DNA of 64,000 nucleotides from Vicugna vicugna (Eukaryota). A program made the translations under genes and the position numbers. Location: positions 2,389,599 through 2,453,598 of the forward strand of contig MU058584.1 in the NCBI GenBank assembly GCA_013265495.1, in the 5' to 3' direction. The notes beneath the pieces were generated by a model. The model searched no databases, was not told where the DNA came from, and saw only the letters and a list, made by a program, of their open reading frames with translations. Shown here piece by piece: positions 12,255 through 23,270 of the stretch (position 1 is the first letter of the stretch; the number at the start of each line of letters is the position of its first letter).

Positions 12255-12820
12255 ACTTGAGTTTGGATGCTGGCTCCATCCTCAAGCAACGGCTGCTGGG
12301 CAAGTCACTGAACCATCTGTAAAGTGGAGATAATAATACCTACCTCAGGGCCTTTGCCCTTACTGTTCGTCCTCCTTGGAATGGTCTTCCCCACTTATCC
12401 ACGAGGGTCACTCTTTCACTCCCTCTAGGTCTTCACTCAACTTACTTTTTCAGTGAGACTTTCCTTGAACATGATACCCAAATTGCAAACCATCTGGCAT
12501 TCCCTGTCATTTTGCTCATTTTATTATATTACTTAACACTCAACACCTAACATACTATATATAGCACTTAATTATCCTATTTATTCCCTGTTTCCCACCT
12601 CTAGAATGTAAGCTCTCTAAGGGCAGGTTTTTGGGGTTTTTTTGTTTTTGTATTCTTTACTGCTGTATCTCCAGTTTCTAGAATGATTTAGGTGCTTAAT
12701 AAATGTTTGTTGCTTAAATGACCGGTTGTTGTGAGAATAATGTGAGTCAAGTGCTTTGCACAGGACCTGGCATGTAGTAAACACTCCATACGTGTCATCT
12801 GTTCATTAGTATTATTTTAT
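12255..12820 (+). mobile_element. MIR split by an L2 insertion
   Basis: Left half ends CTGTAAAGTGGAGATAATAATACCTACCTCAGGG (about 12350). Right half resumes at 12724 with GGTTGTTGTGAGAATAA...CCTGGCATGTAGTAAACACTC. Confidence 0.8.
12344..12721 (+). mobile_element. L2 (L2a-like) 3' end
   Basis: CTCAGGGCCTTTGC..CTGTT..TGGAATG, CTAGAATGTAAGCTC..AGGGCAGG and terminal AGGTGCTTAATAAATGTTTGTTGCTTAAATGA. Confidence 0.9.
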
Positions 12821-12944
12821 TAGTATGTTGCTGCACCTCAGTGGGCATGTGTTCTCCCCTCTGGGTAAACTAGGATGAGCATTATGATTTTCTTGGTGAA
12901 TGTGAAGGTCTGACTGTTGAAATGAGGCTAGAAACAGGGAGGGA

Positions 12945-13146
12945 AATAAGGGAGAGGATTTGCATGGTAGCTACCTTCAAATACCTAAAGGTGTGGTCAC
13001 CTGGATAGAAATTCCAGGAAGCATATTTCTGCTGCATAAGAAAGGATTTCTACAAAATTGGATGTCTAGTGATGGAATAAACTGTCCCAGGAGATAGTGA
13101 ACTGCTCATGCCTAGAGGTCTCCTAGAAGCTGGATAATCACATCTT
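12945..13146 (+). mobile_element. CR1/L3 LINE 3' fragment
   Basis: GATGGAATAAACTGTCCCAGGAGATAGTGAACTGCTCATGCCTAGAGG..GAAGCTGGATAATCAC resembles the CR1/L3 ORF2 end and 3'UTR. Confidence 0.6.
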
Positions 13147-13154
13147 ACTGACCT

Positions 13155-14690
13155 TGAAGATAATCATCATAATGAATGACAAGCCTGGAATACAGCCAGG
13201 GGGATCACACACTTAGAGAGCCATGGAGATGCGCAGGAAGCCATGGCATCTCTAGGGGTAAGATAGATGGACAGTCGATAAGAGTATTGTTTAATGTATA
13301 TAGTCAAAGAAACCAAGGATATGTGATCAGGAGGCTGAGGACAGGCACTCCCTTAAAAGTCAAAGACAGCTTCCGGATAGGAGTCAGTTTTCAGACCCAG
13401 AACCCGTTGACAGAAGGAGAGGCTGGTGCCCAGGTAGAAAGACTGTATAAATTTAACAGTATGTGTCTATAGTAATGATTCTTTTACTCCATCCCCAAAA
13501 GGTCCCTGGCTATTTAATCAAGTTAGCATAGACCAGGGGAGGAGGGGAGGACATCTAGTGTGTGGACCTAAGGGAGTGTGTACAAAGAATGAAAATCTTT
13601 GCTTCCTCTATTTAATGCCCCAGACAGCAGCCCCCACAGAAGAGGCACAAAGCAACCACACAGACAGAACGACAGAATGACTAAGTGTGAGTCCATGGAT
13701 CTAGTGAGTACACTGTGAGCCAGACCTAAGAAAGTTGGCACCAGCCTCTTTTTCTCATTGGTTACCCCAGTGCCACCTAATGGAATATTCATGGTGGCAG
13801 GAAACAGGCATGGATTCCCACTCACTCAGCCCAACCTCGCTACTGCAATTGCCAATGTCCATGGGGCAGCATAGACCAACCCGAGCCCCTCCCACCAAGA
13901 CGGCATCATTCCAAGAAGATAAACCAGCTGCTCGGTAGCAACTCGACACATGAGATCCCTTCTACTCTGTGAGAGACAAGAATTCATCTTGATTAGTAAC
14001 AACAGCTATTTCACATTTGAGTTTGCCTTTCCTACCTCCAAGGTCTCAGCTAGTACCACTCTTTGAGGGCTTCTAAAACATATGACCCACAGGCACAGGG
14101 TCCTACATAACACCACAGCATCCCAAGGAACCCACTTTATAGCAAAGGAAGGGTGGCAGTGAACACATGACCATGAGTTTCACTTTCTCTGTGATATGCA
14201 GCACCACACAGATGCAACTAGCATGTCGGAGTGAGTAAATGGATATTTGAAGACATCACCAGCTTGGAGATGATACCTTGAAACGATAAGGCTCCATCCG
14301 TCAGAGCATACTATGCACCTGAAATCAATGACCGTGAGGTGGTACTGTGTCCCTGTTACACAGAGCACGTGGGTCTGAGACCAAAGGGGGAAAGTCCTGA
14401 GGAACCTACTTCCATCCCTTCCAGTGACTGACTTAGGGGATCCGTGCACCCCGTTCCCGTCTCTCTCGCCTCTGTGGGTTGGAAGTCTGATCGCAATGAG
14501 ACGATGCTTTCTTCAGGAGAACGGCAAGTCCTCCTGGACCACAGGCGGCGGCTGCTGTCTGGGCACTTAAAGACCAGACAGCAAGAAAAGAAAACGGGGG
14601 AATTGACTCTGATTAGGTACCAGTGCTGCTGCTCCCAGTTCAAACAGGGAAGACTACGGTTGGCATCCAGGTGATTTGGGTCATCATGCT
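13155..14690 (+). mobile_element. Decayed class III (ERVL) endogenous retrovirus internal region: gag end, protease start, RNaseH end, integrase and dUTPase; RT deleted
   Basis: Gag-like SQGDHTLREPWRCAGSHGISRGKIDGQSIRVLFNVYSQR (ORF 13176) and a frameshifted FPDRSQFSDPEPVD. My translation of 13950-14254 is MRSLLLCERQEFILISNNSYFTFEFAFPTSKVSASTTL*GLLKHMTHRHRVLHNTTASQGTHFIAKEGWQ*THDHEFHFLCDMQHHTDATSMSE*VNGYLKT. It is colinear with recalled ERVL integrase (GFAFPARNASAKTTIRGL..HRHGIPHSIASDQGTHFTAKEVQQWAH..HHPEAAGLIERWNGLLK). dUTPase-like sequence follows. Multiple stops and frameshifts. Confidence 0.9.
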
Positions 14691-14699
14691 TTTCTCAAA

Positions 14700-14814
14700 C
14701 ATGGTATACACACGCGTACCCATATCCGTACATGTGTACGTGTGCACACTCAGCACATAGCTACGTGCCATGGATCGCCTGTTGGTCCTGTTACCCTGGA
14801 GAACACGAACACAG
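14700..14814 (+). mobile_element. MLT2-type LTR 3' remnant, probably the 3' LTR of the ERVL relic
   Basis: An alternating purine-pyrimidine stretch is followed by CGCCTGTTGGTCCTGTTACCCTGGAGAACACGAACACA, similar to the MLT2 terminus CCTATTGGTTCTGTTTCTCTGGAGAACCCTGACTAATACA. Confidence 0.7.
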
Positions 14815-16694
14815 TGCTACAGACCAGGCCTGACAGACCAGCCCCCAAATCAAGGATGTGCTATAGACATTTTTTTCTGGCTTATTGCAAACCTGCCCAA
14901 AACTACTTCCCTCACATCCACCCCCAGGGTCCAGCGGATTTTCTGCTGCAATCTGGCCCTGGCAGGTCCCGGCCAAGCCCTCCCTGCTCCAGAGGGGAAT
15001 TTCTCAAGGAAGTGCTGCCCGTCCCAGGATGTTCATGCCGTTGGCCTTTCCCTGCTTTTTATTTTTTTACGTCACCTGTCATTCTTTCCCCTACGAGGTG
15101 TCCCCACTGGCAGAGAATTGATCCAGCATAGAGCAGACCCTATTAAACTTCACTCTTGCCTCTTCAGCAGAATTCTTGTTGAGACCTGCAGTGTTTCCTT
15201 TCCAGGGGAAAGAGATGGGAGCTTGAGGTGGGAGAGGGGACCATGGTTTGTGCCTCACTTGCGCTATTTCATCTTTTTTATTATTTCATTCAACCGCTGT
15301 GCAGACGCCTCATCAGATGCCGTTTTAATTGTGATGGCTTTTACAGAAACTCTGTCTCTGCTGTTCAGAAAAAGGCAGTAAAACTTGCTAAGTTTGGTTT
15401 GCAAGCTTCTGGTTCACATGTGCAAATAATAAAAAAAGGAGAGACTCTGACTCAGAAACCTGCCTCCTGCCCTCCTTCGATGTTCCTCAAGCTTCACTTT
15501 AAAAGAACAGAGGGGAAACCCAATGTTGGCAGCTATGAAACATTTTCCAGTTCTGTTATCTGCTCCCAACCTCCACCGCTGCCTTCTCCCAGCTCCATCC
15601 CCTCATGCAGCCCTGAGCCAAGGTCTGGAATCTGTAGCCTGCCTGCAGAGGCTGGCTGAGGGGGTTGGAGTTAGTGAGTTGTGAGGCTGTGATCTGTGCA
15701 TTGCTCAATCTTCCCTTCCTCGTGAGAGCTTCTGAAGACACTTCCCTTGGACATCCTGACCTTCAGCTGCACTTTGGTTTTAGAAGATGACCTTCAGAAC
15801 ATCATCTGATAATGTGCTGATGCCTGGGGGCCTTTAGCAAGCTGTATCCACGTGGCCCACACTCTTCCCTGATGGGTAACATGAACACACACACACACTC
15901 ACTCACACACTCATGGACTTTCTCCTATGATGATCCTCTCAAGGCTGAGGACTAAATCTAAATATGTTCATCACGGGAGGCACTGGACTTGGACCAGGTT
16001 TTGTGACGATGGAGCATTAGGGTTTGGAGACAGGATGAAGTCCAACAGTCAGGCAGAGACAGGTGCCACCCACACACCTGCATCCAGTCTGGTGCTCGAT
16101 GCACTGAGCCCGCAGTGCTTGTAAATCATTCTTTGAGCTTTGGAAAACATGTCTCCTGGCTACGCTGTCTCTGGCCTCGTACGCCTAATGTGTAAATCTC
16201 TGCATGTGAGGGACAGCAAGTGAGCATGAGTCAATGGCTACTGCCCCTGGACAGCCGGGGAAGGGTGGGGCCCCGCGCTCCTGGTGAGTGTCAGGCAGAC
16301 GAGGCCCTGAGGCAGCAGAGGTGGGAGGATGCGAGAGAGGAGGAAGTGAGAACATGCCACTGCTTCATCCTCACCCACAGGCACGAGCGTGGTACACGTG
16401 TCCGGTGCCCACCTTCTTCCCCCGCATTCTCCTGAGATCTAACATCCTTGGATGAAAGAGAGGCTGAGATTTTGCCCGCATTCACCCCAAATCTTGTCTG
16501 CCCTGAGCTTCATGAGATACCTTCTCTTGGAGAGCCTCTCTTGGAGAAGGCACCTTCTCTCTGAGGTGTGTGCTGTGTGGACCACTCAGGAGGCCTGGGC
16601 GGCTTTCCTGAAATCGTAGGGAGTTAGAAGAGATCTCAGAGTTCAATTCACCTATTTCCCTTATTTTACAGAGGAAATTGACCAGCTTCCTCAT

Positions 16695-16880
16695 CTGTGC
16701 TTTGCATTCATTATTTCGCTTCGTCCTCACAATGACCCTCTGGGATGGGTACCATCACTCCTTGCGATTGGGCAGGAAATTAAGTACCAGAGAGGTGACC
16801 AAACTTGCCCACATAGATTGCTAGCGGTGAGGTCAGGGACTGCCCCTGGGCCCTCCGACTCTCAGTCTGAGAGTCTTAAT
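16695..16880 (-). mobile_element. MIR SINE
   Basis: TCCTCACAATGACCCT..GGAAATTAAGTACCAGAGAGGTGACCAAACTTGCCCA..CTGAGAGTCTTAA. Confidence 0.7.
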
Positions 16881-16887
16881 TCTCAAT

Positions 16888-17195
16888 TAGGGGTTCCTAA
16901 CTGTTAGTCTAAGGACTCACGTTGATGCTTGAGAATATTTTCATTCTTCTGTGACAAAATATGAGCCATATACCTATGTCCACGGAAGCTTGCCAACTCC
17001 CTTTCATGGAAAAGGCTATTTTATGATGAGATGGAGTCTTTCCTACATTTTTCATAAAGTTTCTGTCTTCGTGTAATTATAGCGATAATAACTGGGGGTG
17101 GTTTGTATATTTGCCCGGCAAAATAAAACACTGGCAATAACATGACAGTCCTCAATGTTATTAAAAATTAAAAATCCCCAAGTCTGGGAACACAG
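16888..17195. mobile_element. Possible decayed hAT-Charlie-type DNA element
   Basis: Ends TAGGGGTTCCTAACT and AGTCTGGGAACACAG form a weak inverted repeat resembling Charlie terminal inverted repeats (TIRs). Interior is AT-rich; family not identified. Confidence 0.3.
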
Positions 17196-18744
17196 TACCA
17201 CCCTACGATGCCATTTATATTGTCGCCAGCCCTGTTGGCGAAGATGAGCAGGGGGTTCCTGCAGGCGTTTGACGCGTCAGGCTTATCCGGCAGCCGTCAC
17301 CACTATATGCCCAGCAGCGGCCTCAGCACCACGAGGGTAAGACCCTGCCCTCACGGAGCTGAAAGTCCCTGCCTTGTTCAGCTCTGCGTAAAGTCCCAGA
17401 GATGCTACGGGGTGTCCGTGAGGACGGAGAGCTTTTTCGTTGTCACAGAAGCCTGGGGGCTCAGGAAGTAGCCGGGCTGATTTAACCCTGAATTTGACCA
17501 TCCCTTCCCATCTCTGGGCTCAGACAAGAGAGATAATGCAACGAACCAAAGAGAACATACCTGGTGTGCCCGGCGCTGCGCTCCTGGCCCCAGGTGGAGA
17601 AGTGCAATCAAAAGGAAGGATGCTGTGCAGTGCACCAGGCCAGATGCCAGGGCCATTGCTTACTAGGTGTGTGATCTGAGCAGGTTCCTTTTTGACTCTT
17701 GCAGCGTCGCTGTGACAGTAAAATTACAGAACATAGATGAAGCAGCTAATTCAGGACCAGTCTGTACTAAACGCTCAGTCAGCGTTACTTTCTGTCTCCT
17801 GTTGCTCATGTCCCCCCATTCCTGCTTTGCCTCTAGGAGCTGATCGAGGCAAAACTGAATTTGGGGGGGCTTTGGTGCCCTCATGTCTACACGCCTGCAT
17901 CCTTGGGTTCTTCCAGCCAGAAAGAATGCTCTTTGATGTCCAGATTCGCACTGAGTGAGTAGCTCAGAGTTTATGATGAAAGGTGAATGCTTAAGCAAAG
18001 AAAAAATTCTGGCAGTGGCGTTGCAGATCCCACAGCGCCCAGCTGAAGGGGCTATGCCACCCCAGGGTCCCTGACCCACAGCTGGTGGGTCCCCGTTCCC
18101 CCTACCCAGGCAGGAGGCAGGTGCTGGTGCCAGGCTCTGCTGTCATTACCCATCTTTCTCCTGCTCTGTGCACTTGGTGTTACAGCTGACACCTGGGATG
18201 TCACATTCTGACATATGAGGCTATGGGGGTCAAGTGGGGAGGGGTCGGGGGAGGACTTGGCGTTCACAGCCAGGTACATGTCAAACCAAATTCCACTCAT
18301 GATTGGGTGTCAGGCTTGGACCAGGAACGGATTTGGATCAGAGCAATCTACGGAAGTCAAATGACAACGTCTGTCTGACTGGGGCTTATCCGACAGGACG
18401 TGCTCCCCGGCAGGTCCCCGGGCCCAGGACAGAGGCTGCGGCAACAGGGGTGGGCACGTGGTAAGTCGTGGTGCCTTACCCTCCTTTGCCTTGTCTTCAA
18501 ATTTGTCGCAGCTCGTGTTTGCTGACGTTTGAGCAGATTGTACTTATGCAAATAGGCTATTTTGCTTGATTTTGAGTCTCCTACATGCGTGAAGACCACT
18601 AACTGTCACCAAGGTTTCTTTCCGCAGTGCTGACTAACAGCTCGGTCACTCACCCAGCTGCAAGGGAGAGGCCTGGCAGGGGAGGAAGAGTGTTTAATAT
18701 TGATGTGAGTCCTGAATAAATGAGGATTTGTGAGCCCGGGTTAG

Positions 18745-18896
18745 AAGGCGTTCAGTAGCACAGGCTTTGAATTCAGTCAGAACTGAGTCTGAATCTCTGA
18801 GCTCATCCCTGTTTGCTTCAGGGCCCTGAGAAACTTTATTTCACCTCCCTGGGCCTCAGTTTTTCATCTGTAAAATGGTGACATAATAACATGTAC
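18745..18896 (+). mobile_element. MIR SINE 5' part; a possible remainder resumes near 19082
   Basis: GCACAGGCTTTGAATTCAGTCAGA..TCACCTCCCTGGGCCTCAGTTTTTCATCTGTAAAATGG. Confidence 0.8.
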
Positions 18897-18935
18897 TACA
18901 TGGGAGGGATAAATTGGGAGTTTGAAATTTGCCCC

Positions 18936-19081
18936 TTTTGGGGAGTGATGGAAATGTTGACTATCTTGATTGTGATGGTGGTTTCATGGGTGTAGACATC
19001 AAATAGACGTCATCAAATTGTAGATCTGAAATATGTGTAGTTTACTGTACAGAAATTATACCACAATGAAGGTTTGTAAAA
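18936..19081 (+). mobile_element. Old L1MC/L1MD-type extreme 3' end
   Basis: GTGATGGAAATGTTGACTATCTTGATTGTGATGGTGGTTTCATGGGTGTA..CATCAAATTGTA..AATATGTGTAGTTTACTGTA..AATTATACCACAATGAAG. Confidence 0.85.
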
Positions 19082-22079
19082 CAGTAAATGAAAATGTGTG
19101 CAAAGCTGTTCACAAAAGCCCTAGAAAAAATACAGGTCTTGGTGTTATTATGGGAAGGTTTGAATCTACTGTTATTTTAGTTCTGCCACTTTGTTATGAT
19201 TCTTTATTTTGCCACCTGTAAGATCAGAATAATAAGAGGGTGCCAGAAGGAAGAACGTGAGAGGAGCCCCAGCAATTGGTGGGCTGGAGAGACGCTTGGT
19301 AGGAGCAATTTGCGCCCCTTTGGGAAGATTTCTAGTGGAATGTTCAGCCCTAGGAATTTCTGTATTAAATTCTACAAGATTCGCTGTAATTGTTACAGAA
19401 GTACAGTTTTGCTTTTGGAAACTTGAAGGAGAAAGATGAGGATGACTGAAGTCTGAGTTCATAAGGGGACCTAAAATCATGATTAACAGAAAAACAGTTT
19501 CTTGCTCTCTTGGAACAAGTGTAGAAAAGTAATAAAAAAAATACTTGATTGAAAGGATACCTTTATGTCTTTGCCCAACCATGAGGTGGGGGTGGGGTGG
19601 GGACAACGGGGGGAAAGCAGCCAATCAGGGACCTCCAGAAGTTTCCCCTTCTTTCTTTCTGGAGGGCAGCCCAGGGGGCGGCGGCAACCTCACATCAGCT
19701 GCTCTAAGACAGTGAATGGCGGGCAGCGTCAGCAGTTTGCCAAGAGACCGAAGAAAGGCAGGTAAACTAGAGCATCCCTGGGTACCACTGCTGAGAAAAA
19801 AAACAAACTCAGATGAGAGGTTACAAAACAGACTGAGCTAAAAAAGGAGGTCTTCAGTTTTTGGAGAGTCCAGCATGGTTGTCATACAGAATCAACCGAA
19901 TCTTTTTTTAAAAGATTTTGTTATGAACATTTCTGAACTAGCCCACAAGTACAGAGTACAACATTACCCATCATTCAGATCCAACAGCTACTTTTTTCCC
20001 CCCACATATGCTTCATTTTTTTTACCCTCTTTTAATCCTGTTAGTAATTCAGTATCTGCCTTCAGGTTTGTTTTTTTTTTTTTTGCACAATACCATGGTC
20101 AACATCTACCAGGTTTAACAATTATTCATTAAGAATACCCAGTCTTGCACCACCACTTTAAAGAGCTAAAAACTAAGTTCAAAAGTTCAAAACTAGATAC
20201 GATTCTATATAATAAGTTAATATATAGCACAGGTGAGAGTGGAGAGGCTGTTTTATTCACTGTTGCCTTAATTAGTTAATTTATTCAGAAATGTAAATTT
20301 CAAGATGAATTTCAGATGAACTACCATTTCAGCAAAAATATCAGAATGGATAAGATTTTCTACATGTAGCACCAAAGGTAGGAAAGAATACACTTGGCTT
20401 CCTGAAAAACTTCTTGCTCACCCCTGACCCCAGCATAAGCAATGTCAAAACAACATAAATTATAGGCAAAATTAAATAAGCACTAAAAATTAGGAAGCAA
20501 ATGTTCATCCTACATAACAGACAAAACGTTTATAGCTCTTCAGCATAGGCGTGCTTACAAATCCAATGAAAGACTTGGTCTTCCAAAAGGAAAAGTGGGA
20601 GAGGATTCTCTGCTTTAATTCACAGACATTTCATGTTGCAATGTCAATTTTCTGCCGCCCTCCTTCACCCAGAATCCACAGGGAGACTTCCTTGGCAAAG
20701 AGGTCTGGGGACATCATAATGACTTATGTTCTAAGCAGTCCTTCATTTGACTTCCCTGTAGCTCACCATCTTATTTATCCCAAATTTCACATTATTAGGT
20801 GCATGTGTTTTGTAGTTTGTGGAGTTTTCCTGATTCATTAAAGAGGAAGCCTTCTCTCCTTTTCATTCTTTCATTAAAAAAAAATTAATGTCAATGGATT
20901 AGTAGATTTCAAGGGAGAAGAGTTAAGTGAAAACATCATTACTGTACTATCCTTAAAGATACATCCTTGGATGGGGCTTTGCAGCATTTAAAAAATTTAG
21001 TGGAATTGTATGAAATCACAATGTTTTTCCTTGTATTTGAAAAAAGATACTCAATGTGAGAGTGAGAAATCTCTGCAATTATTCCTATTAAAATAAGACG
21101 TGGTTGCAACTTGGCCATCAAGTCAAGATCTGCCCAAAAGGAAGAAAAGGCCGCAGCTCGGGCTCACATCCATTTCTTCAGCGAGAGGCATGTTGGCAGG
21201 ACCAAGAATTGGTATCACCTTCACACACGGTGTCTCTATACAAAACCACTTCATCCTTCACATAGCTTCCTGGAGTGACGTTTAGTAACTGACCAAGTCA
21301 AATGACATCCTCCCTTTGAAAAGAGTCTGGATGAGAAAAAAGCAAAAAGCCACAACAGCTGTCACTGAGGGTGAATGGCACCTTCGACATCCCAGATCTA
21401 GCTGAATATCATTAGGTTGGATTTGGATAGCAGAATACGGCTGATATTTGTGCCCTTCAGCAAATTCTATATTTGATTCTCTTATCCCAAGGGCTTTTGT
21501 GAAACAGGGAGTATCGTATCGGGAACAGAGCTGCAGTCAGCCTCCCAGTCATTATAGTGGAATACATGGTAATATATGTAACACCCATCAATGTAAAAGC
21601 CAGTGGGGTGGGGAGGGGGGTAGGGAGGATGCGGCACGATTACTTTTTTGACAGTTTATCTGGCCTCTCCGTGTATGTGCTGGCTGAACTTTTATTACTT
21701 ACTTCTTACAAAATCTCAGAAGGTGATCTTATTTTTCAGATATTAAACATAAACATAGGAATGAACCCTTGGAGTTATGTGATACTTTTTTTTGTAGGAG
21801 CTCAGAGACAAACATATAAATGCATTTAAAAAAATACACTGACACAGAGAGATGATCTGGCTTATTAAGCAGTTTATCAATTATGAGTCTCTATTAGCAA
21901 CATAGGGCATCTACAAAATAATGTTCATTGTTCTTTGTAATGATGAAAAATAGACATGAAGAATGTTAGAGAGCAGTGGTTGTCAGGTCAACATAAGAAG
22001 AACTGTTTGACGACTGGAGCTTGCCTGTGATGGGATAGAATTGGTCCTGCTTCTTCTACCTTAGGTACTGAGATACCCA

Positions 22080-22600
22080 AGCTAGAAAACTTACTTCTTT
22101 ACCTCTCCCATTCTCTACCCATACTATGCCCATGTTATCACCAAATTCTTTCCACTGCTAAATGGTGATGGAGTCTATTACTGTGTGTCCTCTCTCATCA
22201 ACACGGAGTAGACTATTCCAGTGTGGGTATTGCCTTATCTGTCAGTTCCCCTCCACCCACAACGTGTGCTCCAGCTACCGTGGGGCACCTGTAACATGAC
22301 TCACATGCTTGCTAAAGATTTGGTACTTCTGCCCACATCTATCTAAATTGTCTCCATCCTCTCTCGTCCTCACTCCTCTCTCATCCCTCTTGGTTGCCAA
22401 ACCCACTTCTTTCCTTCAAGAGCCAACACACTGTCACATTCCCCCAGAAGCCTCTTTTTGAGCCCGTTTGTCTGACCAGGGCCCCTTTCTGCACTGCCTA
22501 GTAAACTTGTACATAGCTCTTTTATAGCACTCATCAAATCTGTCTGCAATTATCTATTTATTTGTCTGGTTCCTCCTCTGGACCATATTGGGTCAATATC
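22080..22600 (+). mobile_element. Degenerate L2
   Basis: Pyrimidine-rich L2-like blocks (TCCTTCAAGAGCCAAC, CCCCAGAAGCCT, TTATAGCACTCATCA..GCAATTATCTATTTATTTGTCTG). Confidence 0.55.
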
Positions 22601-23079
22601 ACCATTGCTAGTGTGTTCCAAATAGATGGTCTATGACATATTTCAAGGATGTAGAATAGGAGAATTAAGAATCAAGTAAAAGGGTAAAAGAAATCAAGTA
22701 AAAAAAAAAGGTTTAAAAAAAGAGCTTTTAAGTCTCCTCTATCTCTTCAACTTTCGAGTGTTTGAATTACTCTGATCCCTAGACCCCCAAAAGATACTGA
22801 ACTTTCTTGTAAATAAACAGAGAAATAACACGTTATCATAGAAATTTGATTTTTAATGTCTTTGAAATGTATTATTCAGCAACAGAATCTATATGATAAA
22901 CATTGAGCGTGTTACTGTCATTCACATGCAGCGCTTTTGCCCAACTGTGCACATAAGGGAAACTTCTCACAAAAGCCCTGGCCAAGGTCCCTGGAAGACC
23001 CAGTCCCACCTTATTCTGCCAACAACAATTCTAACCAGGACTTTTATCCTCTAACATGATAACGTGGTGGTTGTATTAG

Positions 23080-23270
23080 AATATAGTTTTCAGAGGAAGA
23101 TGGTTGTAGATTCAATTTCAAGTCTGCCATTTACGTATGATACACTGCAGATTCACCCAATGTTCTTGAATATTGTTTTCCTCACCCAAAAATGGTTGTT
23201 GTAGGGATTAAACAAGATCATGTACAGAAAGTGCTTCACAAAAAAACTTGCTACATTAATAATTTTGTAA
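23080..23270 (+). mobile_element. MIR SINE
   Basis: ATTCAATTTCAAGTCTGCCATTTAC..TTTCCTCAC..GGTTGTTGTAGGGATTAAACAAGATCATGTACAGAAAGTGCTT. Confidence 0.7.

Noticed and set aside
13176..14643. Domesticated retroviral gag or integrase gene
   Set aside because: Multiple in-frame stops, frameshifts and loss of RT indicate neutral decay.
14676..15659. Longest ORF cluster (203, 151 and 143 aa)
   Set aside because: No recognisable domain or coding-like composition; the frames overlap and start within an LTR remnant. Consistent with chance.
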